Shown in pieces: positions 55,343 to 64,000 of a stretch of 64,000 bases of DNA. The DNA lies in the NCBI GenBank assembly GCA_963664135.1, contig OY760905.1, positions 1,636,736 to 1,700,735 of the forward strand, given 5' to 3'. The notes beneath the pieces were generated by a model. It did no database searches, was not told where the DNA came from, and worked only from the letters and a program-made list of their open reading frames with translations. The stretch is from an uncultured Acetobacterium sp. (GTDB lineage: Bacteria; Bacillota; Clostridia; Eubacteriales; Eubacteriaceae). A program made the position numbers and the translations under genes. Within the stretch, counting starts at the first letter, position 1. Each line of letters opens with the position of its first letter.

Positions 55343-56095
55343 TTATATCAGAGCGATTCTTTTTCTTAAATCGATTATCTCTTCCAGGCTAAGCTGCCCT
55401 GGGGCTGTTTTCCCGGCACCAGCCACATAAGTCAAGGATCCGCCACATAATTCAGGGGCAATCCGAGTTATTCCGCCGGATTCACCCATCGCAATCGCAA
55501 TGATCGCTTTGGGGGATTGTCCGTTATGATTAAGAGTGGCACATATTAACTGGCGAATATCATCCATCGAATTCGGCATTACTGCCAGTTTAAGCACATC
55601 CCCTCCGGCACTTTCCATCGCCGTATAAATAGCGCTAATTTCTCCCGAAGTCGGGGTTTCTTTAAAGTTATGATGTGACACCACCCATTGGGTATGACTG
55701 GTTTTTAAAACCGCTTTAATCCGTTCTAAGAAAGCAGATTCACTGTGAAGTTCGACATCGACGTAATCCACCAAATTACTTTTAATGGCGGTATTAATGG
55801 CAGCTTCCCGAACTTCATCTGGTGTTTTAAAAACACCGCCTTCATGGTGACTGCGATAGGTATAAATAAGTCCCTGGCTTGGCATTCTTTTTTTTATTTC
55901 GGTTAACAGATCCAACTCATCCGCAGACGTTAAAACATCTCCCTGCTTATAGTGGTCGCGCCGCCATTCTAAAAAATCACACCCATTTGCTACGCCCACT
56001 TCAACATCAGCCAATAATTCGTTTCGATTTGCGCTAATTAACGGAATGCAGGATGCAAAGGTATTTTTTGAGATTATTTTAAATGCTTTTTCCAT
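55343..56095 (-). CDS. aroD: Type I 3-dehydroquinate dehydratase
   Basis: EWRRD, TYRS..EGG, SHHNF, KLAVMP, MG..G..TR, APGQ. Confidence 0.92.
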   Translation of the reverse strand: MEKAFKIISKNTFASCIPLISANRNELLADVEVGVANGCDFLEWRRDHYKQGDVLTSADELDLLTEIKKRMPSQGLIYTYRSHHEGGVFKTPDEVREAAINTAIKSNLVDYVDVELHSESAFLERIKAVLKTSHTQWVVSHHNFKETPTSGEISAIYTAMESAGGDVLKLAVMPNSMDDIRQLICATLNHNGQSPKAIIAIAMGESGGITRIAPELCGGSLTYVAGAGKTAPGQLSLEEIIDLRKRIALI

Positions 56096-56171
56096 ATTGA
56101 TAAGATTCTCCCTTCCAAATTGAGATGATTCATCACGTGTCGGAAATTTTTTTACAATTTAAATTATCTGA

Positions 56172-57179
56172 CTATTTTTGATTTAAAAGTCCGATATTCT
56201 TGATTTCCACTGAAATGGTTCCGTCTGGATTGTTTTTAAATTCAATAATATCATTTCGTTTTAATTGATCCATGGGAATGCTGATTTCAATACCGGTATC
56301 GGTTATAAACTTTTGTTTGCCATATATTTTCTTTTCAATATTTGCGGTAACCGGAATTTTCTTCTCATAGAGACCTTTTTCTTCTAAGCGCTCTTTAAAC
56401 TGATCCTGGATGGTGGTATCCCCGTCAAAAACTGTCTTTGCAAAATTATCGACATCAATTTCGCTTTCCATTTCATAATCATCAGCCAGTACGGTTTTGG
56501 CAGTATTTAATTTTTCATAATCACCGCCATATTCTCTGACAATCACTTCTTTGACCGTTTTATCGATAATATCAAAGGCAGCTTTTTCTGATATCGCCGG
56601 CTCACAGAAAATCAACTGACTGGAAATATAATAATCTTTTTCATTATTGATTGCAAACTTCTTTTCTTTGATTAAGACCTCATCAGTTGCCAAATTAATC
56701 AGAATAAACTCGTCTAACTTCTGACTTTCAGTCGGCAATACACAGGGTTGTACCAGGATATCATTGGTTAAGCCGTTATCCGTGTTCACATAATGGATAT
56801 ACCCCTGCTTATAGTTAAACTTGAAAATTCCCAGGTAGGTTTCGTGTTCCACACTAAAGTCCACAAAAACCAAATCCGCCGAGGGAATTTCAATGTTTTC
56901 CAGCATATAATCAAAAAACACTTGTGAGATTTCCGAACTAACCCTGATCAGCTCATGGGGATTATTCCGATAGTCAGCCACCCGATCTTTAAATGGACTG
57001 CCCATTCTGAAAACAGTCCGTTTTATCTCCGGGTCTTTCAGCGATTTCTCCACATGTTTTTCGATATACTCCTTAACCGTTACGGTCATGTTCAACAGCA
57101 TATCCGATAATACCGGAATATTCGCATTCGTGTCCAATACATGTAAAATAGCTTTATTAATACTCACTTCTAATTTCAT
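56172..57179 (-). CDS. Nucleoid-associated protein (NdpA/YejK, NA37-like)
   Basis: INKAILHVLD, KFNYKQGYIH, KFITDTGIEISIP; family recognition only. Confidence 0.75.
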   Translation of the reverse strand: MKLEVSINKAILHVLDTNANIPVLSDMLLNMTVTVKEYIEKHVEKSLKDPEIKRTVFRMGSPFKDRVADYRNNPHELIRVSSEISQVFFDYMLENIEIPSADLVFVDFSVEHETYLGIFKFNYKQGYIHYVNTDNGLTNDILVQPCVLPTESQKLDEFILINLATDEVLIKEKKFAINNEKDYYISSQLIFCEPAISEKAAFDIIDKTVKEVIVREYGGDYEKLNTAKTVLADDYEMESEIDVDNFAKTVFDGDTTIQDQFKERLEEKGLYEKKIPVTANIEKKIYGKQKFITDTGIEISIPMDQLKRNDIIEFKNNPDGTISVEIKNIGLLNQK

Positions 57180-57283
57180 AATTTTTCCTATTCTGATTGT
57201 GTCTTGGTATTATATCTGTTTTATTCAACAATTACTTTTAGGTAAATAAAAAACAGCCACGAATGACTGTTTAAGCACGTTTA

Positions 57284-57360
57284 TGGTACGCCCAGAGGGG
57301 CTCGAACCCCCAACCTACTGGTTCGAAGCCAGGCACTCTATCCAATTGAGCTATGGGCGC
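57284..57360 (-). tRNA. tRNA-Arg(TCG)
   Basis: 77-nt cloverleaf, loop CT-TCG-AA. Confidence 0.93.
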
Positions 57361-57424
57361 ACATAAGTAGATTAAAAAAGAATGACCCGAGCAATGCTCA
57401 AGCCGCATCTGATTTATTAAATTT

Positions 57425-57499
57425 TGGAGCGGAAGACGAGATTTGAACTCGCGACCCTCGCCTTGGCAAGGCGATGCTCTACCACTGAGCCACTTCCGC
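57425..57499 (-). tRNA. tRNA-Gly(GCC)
   Basis: 75-nt cloverleaf. Confidence 0.97.
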
Positions 57500-57506
57500 T
57501 TATTGA

Positions 57507-57591
57507 TGGTGCGGATGAAGGGACTTGAACCCATACATCAATTGATACTAGATCCTAAGTCTAGCGCGTCTGCCAATTCCGCCACATCCGC
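57507..57591 (-). tRNA. tRNA-Leu(TAG)
   Basis: 85-nt class II cloverleaf. Confidence 0.96.
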
Positions 57592-57693
57592 AAAGACAAT
57601 GTTGTTGTCTGTAACGTGCTTGATTATATTAACAAAATACATGGCATTTGTCAACCCGTTTCACAATTTTTTTTAACTTTTTTTTGTTTTTTT

Positions 57694-58392
57694 TTACTCA
57701 TCATATTCAGCTTTGAAAAGTTCCATAATATTTCTCTTGGATCCATATATTAAAACCCGGTCTCCCTGTATTATCTTATCAGACGCAATAACATGATCGA
57801 TAATCGTATTTCCTCGTTTTATTAACAATACATTTAGTTTATAAGTATGGCGAAAATTCATTTCCAATAGCGTTTTTCCCACAATTTCCGGTGGGATATG
57901 AGTTACAAAAACTTCAGCAATAAGCTTATCATGAAACATTTCCAAAATCCGAACGTAGTTGCAAAATGCCCCTTTTTCCTTATTTCTGGCCAGTCGCTCA
58001 ACCAGTTTGTCAAAGCTTTTGACAATCCATTTGGAACGAGTAATCACTAAAATTATGGCTAAAAATATCAGTGAGTAGACCATCGTCATCCAGTTAATCT
58101 GATCACTGGATGACCGGATAAAAAGATTGACTAAAATCGAAACGCCTGTTACTCCAAAAAGATAGCCAAATATCATCATAATCCTGGCCAGATGTCGTCT
58201 GGCAACAGAATTCAATATCAATTCACTTTCCTTGGTGGTAAATCCACTATTGGTCATACAGGAAATAGCCTGGAAACGCGCCTTATCTTCTCTCAAACCG
58301 GTAAGACGAAAAAGGACGGTAAAGATCTCCACAACAATAAAATAAGCGATAATTAAGATGAAAAAACTGATCAGTGATAAATTAAAACTCAT
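57694..58392 (-). CDS. Membrane protein with TM-pore-TM-like N-terminus and C-terminal RCK_C (TrkA-C) domain
   Basis: FRLTGL..ARFQAISCMTNSGFTTKESE; C-terminal GKTLLE..VLLIKRG..IIQGDRVLIYG. Confidence 0.8.
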   Translation of the reverse strand: MSFNLSLISFFILIIAYFIVVEIFTVLFRLTGLREDKARFQAISCMTNSGFTTKESELILNSVARRHLARIMMIFGYLFGVTGVSILVNLFIRSSSDQINWMTMVYSLIFLAIILVITRSKWIVKSFDKLVERLARNKEKGAFCNYVRILEMFHDKLIAEVFVTHIPPEIVGKTLLEMNFRHTYKLNVLLIKRGNTIIDHVIASDKIIQGDRVLIYGSKRNIMELFKAEYDE

Positions 58393-58423
58393 AGCGGCTC
58401 CTTTCAGAGCTAAATATCCTACT

Positions 58424-58683
58424 TAGATAATTGCGAAAGTACCGTGAGCTTTGGGTACAGTTTCACACGAAACAACCAGAAGAAATCACGATACGAATTT
58501 CTTCTTTGTCACGGGCAGTCGCCAACTACAAGCAAGCTTGTGATTGGCTCGTTGCCTTCGCAAATTTCTACACTGTACAGCGGACAGTTCACTGAACTGT
58601 CCGCCTACACGTTACGAAATTGTTTGTGGAAACTGCACCCAAAGCAACTGTTTTTTAATGTTTTTTAGTTTCGCAAATGCCTA
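58424..58683 (-). mobile_element. MITE-like repeat copy 3 (inverted) with ~87-bp internal insertion
   Basis: Reverse complement aligns to copies 1 and 2 apart from an insert at ~58476-58562. Confidence 0.8.
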
Positions 58684-58784
58684 CTCAATATCCTACTTTT
58701 TAAAGAGAATAATACGTAATAAAAGTGTAAAGTCACTCAACGCAACTTTACACTCATACAATCGATTGCTATTTAATAATAAAT

Positions 58785-58859
58785 TGGAGCGGAAGACGAG
58801 ATTCGAACTCGCGACCCCCGGCTTGGGAAGCCAGTGCTCTACCACTGAGCCACTTCCGC
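58785..58859 (-). tRNA. tRNA-Gly(CCC)
   Basis: 75-nt cloverleaf; own promoter TTGCAG-17 nt-TATAAT just upstream. Confidence 0.96.
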
Positions 58860-58976
58860 AACGTTATGATTATACCAATTATTTTATTAATCTGCAAGTA
58901 TTTAGTTTGTTAATTTTAATATTTTGTTTAAGATCTAAATATCTGCAAAAAAATTTCAAACTAAATAACACAAGAC

Positions 58977-59477
58977 CTACATTAATTTTGTTGAAATAAC
59001 GTTTCTCGGCTTTTCTGCATCAGATTTCTGGTCCCAAGGTAATACATCGCCTTCATCTTTAAGATAATCCAAAATCTCCCAGATTCCTTGTCCGGTATAT
59101 GAACTCACTTGAAAGATTTTTTCACAACCAGTTAATTCAAGCCATTCTACAGCCTGGTTAACATCTGCATCCGGTGCATCAATTTGCGTTACGATACCAA
59201 TGACAGGGCGATTGCATACCCCCGTTACACAGGGTGGATAAAGCGAATAAGGTTCCGTCGCACTGATCAGCAGCGCAACAATATCTGACTCATAAGAATA
59301 CAGTGCCAAAGCCCGAGCTAAACTGCTGTTTTCCGCATACTCCCCCGGCGTATCGATCACAACATCATAATAATTAACATACTGCGTTTTTTCGTACCGG
59401 ATTTCTTTTCCTTTTAAAGCTTGTCTTAATGTGGTTTTTCCACATTCACTTCTGCCTACTAAGATCATTTTTTTCAT
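58977..59477 (-). CDS. EutP/PduV-family microcompartment-associated GTPase
   Basis: GRSECGKTTL, YEKTQ, IDTPGEY. Confidence 0.92.
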   Translation of the reverse strand: MKKMILVGRSECGKTTLRQALKGKEIRYEKTQYVNYYDVVIDTPGEYAENSSLARALALYSYESDIVALLISATEPYSLYPPCVTGVCNRPVIGIVTQIDAPDADVNQAVEWLELTGCEKIFQVSSYTGQGIWEILDYLKDEGDVLPWDQKSDAEKPRNVISTKLM

Positions 59478-59492
59478 GTTATGCCTTCATTC

Positions 59493-59867
59493 TCAGGTTT
59501 TTGTAATCTCACAAATTGTAAATTTCAACGTATTCTGCAAATATGCCAGAATTGTTTTTATTGCCGATTCTACCTCTGATATCCGCCCGGTAAACATTAA
59601 TGTCCCACTAAAGCGATCGATAAAGCCCAGATCAATCACCGATGTTTTGATGGCTAAATCGCCAGCAATAACGGATATTTCTGATGGGGTCATACTGAGT
59701 ATGCCGATGGCTGCTTTCTGATAATCCACACTGGGGTTTAAGCCAAGTTTTTTATAGACGATTTCATCAGGACTTGCAATGATATGAGCCAGTGTTACCT
59801 GTTTACCAGGAACCGTTTCTTGTATAATTCTCAATTTTCCTTCATTCATATTTAAAATATTTTCCAC
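59493..59867 (-). CDS. EutS/PduU-like permuted BMC shell protein
   Basis: [44 protein letters not shown]. Confidence 0.92.
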   Translation of the reverse strand: MENILNMNEGKLRIIQETVPGKQVTLAHIIASPDEIVYKKLGLNPSVDYQKAAIGILSMTPSEISVIAGDLAIKTSVIDLGFIDRFSGTLMFTGRISEVESAIKTILAYLQNTLKFTICEITKT

Positions 59868-60071
59868 TTAAGCGCCTCCTTTTCTTCATGTCTTTGTCTT
59901 GATTAAAAATTCTATGGATAATTATATCATTTTGCAATAAAAATAAAATGGCCTAGTCTGATTTTCATCAGTATTTTTTTTATTATTTGATGTAATATTT
60001 CAGTCTTTTTTAATAATGACGTTTTTTCAAAAAAATAAAAAACCGCATGATCTGCGGTTAAGTTTTTAAAA

Positions 60072-60147
60072 TGGTGACCCATGGGCGACTTGAACGCCCG
60101 ACACCCTGATTAAAAGTCAGATGCTCTACCAACTGAGCTAATGGGTC
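60072..60147 (-). tRNA. tRNA-Lys(TTT)
   Basis: 76-nt cloverleaf; followed by operon terminator AACCGCA/TGCGGTT at ~60042-60060. Confidence 0.97.
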
Positions 60148-60243
60148 ATGATAAATGATTAAGTTATTGTTTGTCTTCAAACGGTTGTGTAATATGCCAG
60201 TTTGCCTAACTAAGTGATTCACACCAAATCATAGATTTGGGTT

Positions 60244-60274
60244 CTCTACTTATACCAACTGAGCTAATGGGTCA
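60244..60274 (-). pseudogene. Truncated duplicate of tRNA-Lys 5' end
   Basis: 22-bp exact repeat 60253-60274 = 60127-60148; no anticodon or T arm follows. Confidence 0.7.
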
Positions 60275-60291
60275 GATAATTATTAAATAAG

Positions 60292-60376
60292 TGGTGGGAG
60301 AAGATGGTTTCGAACCATCGTAGACGTCGTCAACGGATTTACAGTCCGCCCCCTTTAGCCACTCGGGCATTCTCCC
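60292..60376 (-). tRNA. tRNA-Tyr(GTA)
   Basis: Identical to 43374-43458. Confidence 0.97.
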
Positions 60377-60397
60377 ACTTGATTTTTGACAAAAAAA

Positions 60398-60473
60398 TGG
60401 AGCTGATGAACGGACTCGAACCGTTAACCTGCTGATTACAAATCAGCTGCTCTGCCAATTGAGCCACATCAGC
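60398..60473 (-). tRNA. tRNA-Thr(TGT)
   Basis: 76-nt cloverleaf. Confidence 0.97.
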
Positions 60474-60520
60474 TTGATGAAAAAAGTTTGACAAGTTAAA
60501 TTACTTATTTCGTATTGGAT

Positions 60521-60652
60521 CGTATTTTAATCGAAAACTCTTCTCATCCGTATTTGGATGAGTTTTCAATAAAAATGCGTAAGTATTATCATTGTCGTTT
60601 CGCTTGCGCTACACTTCCGACCAATTTCTTACAGAAATTGGGATAATACTTA
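60521..60652. repeat. Bipartite double-hairpin element between tRNA-Thr and tRNA-Asp
   Basis: Hairpin A CGTATTTT..AAAAATGCG, then TAAGTATTATC..GATAATACTTA-bounded hairpin B; similar to 61171-61300. Confidence 0.6.
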
Positions 60653-60729
60653 TGGCGACCTGGAAGAGACTCGAACTCTCGACCTCCAGCGTGACAGGCT
60701 GGCATTCTAACCAACTGAACTACCAGGCC
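60653..60729 (-). tRNA. tRNA-Asp(GTC)
   Basis: 77-nt cloverleaf. Confidence 0.97.
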
Positions 60730-60749
60730 GCATGGTTAGTTATTAAATT

Positions 60750-60824
60750 TGGTGACCCCTAGGAGACTCGAACTCCTGTTACCGCCGTGAAAGGGCGGTG
60801 TCTTAACCGCTTGACCAAGGGGCC
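60750..60824 (-). tRNA. tRNA-Glu(TTC)
   Basis: 75-nt cloverleaf. Confidence 0.97.
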
Positions 60825-60876
60825 GTAATAAATGCGGATATGAATCGTTTTGGTTCACACCCGCTTGTTGTCGTAA

Positions 60877-60951
60877 TGGCTCCCCAGGCTGGATTTGAAC
60901 CAGCAACCTATCGGTTAACAGCCGAGTGCTCCACCGTTGAGCTACTGAGGA
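60877..60951 (-). tRNA. tRNA-Asn(GTT)
   Basis: 75-nt cloverleaf. Confidence 0.97.
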
Positions 60952-60959
60952 TTATAAAA

Positions 60960-61076
60960 ACCCCGCAACGTCCTATCCTCCCAGGCAGTTACCCACCAAG
61001 TACTTTCGGCGCTGGAAGACTTTACTTCTGTGTTCGGTATGGGAACAGGTGTGGCCCTTCCGCCATCGTCGCGAGA
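60960..61076 (-). rRNA. rrf: 5S rRNA
   Basis: CACCTGTTCCCATACCGAACACAGAAG conserved core; ~117 nt. Confidence 0.97.
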
Positions 61077-61170
61077 TTAATTAGCTATTTAATTATGATT
61101 GCATTTATCAATTGTCTTTTATGATCACTTTTTAAGCGGATGGTATTTTTTAATCATTCTTTTAATGGAT

Positions 61171-61300
61171 GGTATTTTTCAGGCTTTCTTCTCTTATCGC
61201 TACATGGATAAGAAACCCTGAAAAATGCCGAAGATCTGTCAGCGTTCGTTCGCTTACGCTCCCTACTCACTGCGATTTTTTATCAAAAATCGGACAGATC
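61171..61300. repeat. Bipartite double-hairpin element in 23S-5S spacer
   Basis: GGTATTTTTCAGG..CCTGAAAAATGCC, then GATCTGTC..GACAGATC hairpin containing CGTTCGCTTACGCT. Confidence 0.6.
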
Positions 61301-61329
61301 ATTCAAAACAGCACAGTGTATAAAATCTT

Positions 61330-64000
<2,671 letters not shown>

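Noticed and set aside
57284-57360. tRNA-Arg with UCG anticodon
   Set aside because: Known and common in Clostridia; not novel
333-59721. Many alternative-frame and antisense ORFs in the six-frame track (e.g. 3640-4098, 12016-12339, 31092-31520, 39631-40221, 42388-42840)
   Set aside because: They overlap well-supported genes, have no recognisable motifs or RBS, and fit shadow ORFs
43374-60376. Two identical tRNA-Tyr genes as possible att sites bounding an island
   Set aside because: Both are intact, the intervening DNA is housekeeping genes, and no integrase is present

Overview
Housekeeping-rich window from a low-GC anaerobic Clostridia-class firmicute; gene content and sequence style suggest Eubacteriaceae such as Acetobacterium (inference). 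Most genes are on the minus strand. Left to right: [FeFe]-hydrogenase maturation genes (TM1266-type regulator, hydE, hydG) behind a long terminator-containing leader; serC-serA-DUF1015; cdaA-cdaR with a divergent CBS-domain gene; a YjbQ-like gene next to an orphan McrB-like AAA+ gene, both with degenerate motifs; typA, rplM-rpsI, truA, ecfAAT; the complete S10-spc-alpha ribosomal superoperon; degV; tuf with tRNA-Tyr/Thr; sigH-yacP-rlmB; hisS-tyrS; lspA, ispE, ung, aroD; several tRNA clusters; an isolated eutS/eutP pair; and the 3' part of an rrn operon (partial 23S, 5S, six tRNAs). No transposase, integrase, prophage or CRISPR array was seen. The most unusual signals are (1) the YjbQ-like/McrB-like pair with no McrC partner, (2) a modular family of palindromic intergenic repeats with compensatory stem changes (three ~170-bp TIR-bounded copies, one with a nested insert, plus related units in the hyd leader and rrn spacers), (3) an attenuator-like hyd leader matching no riboswitch I recognise, and (4) a tuf gene with tufB-type upstream and tufA-type downstream neighbours. 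Family calls come from motif recognition, not database searches.
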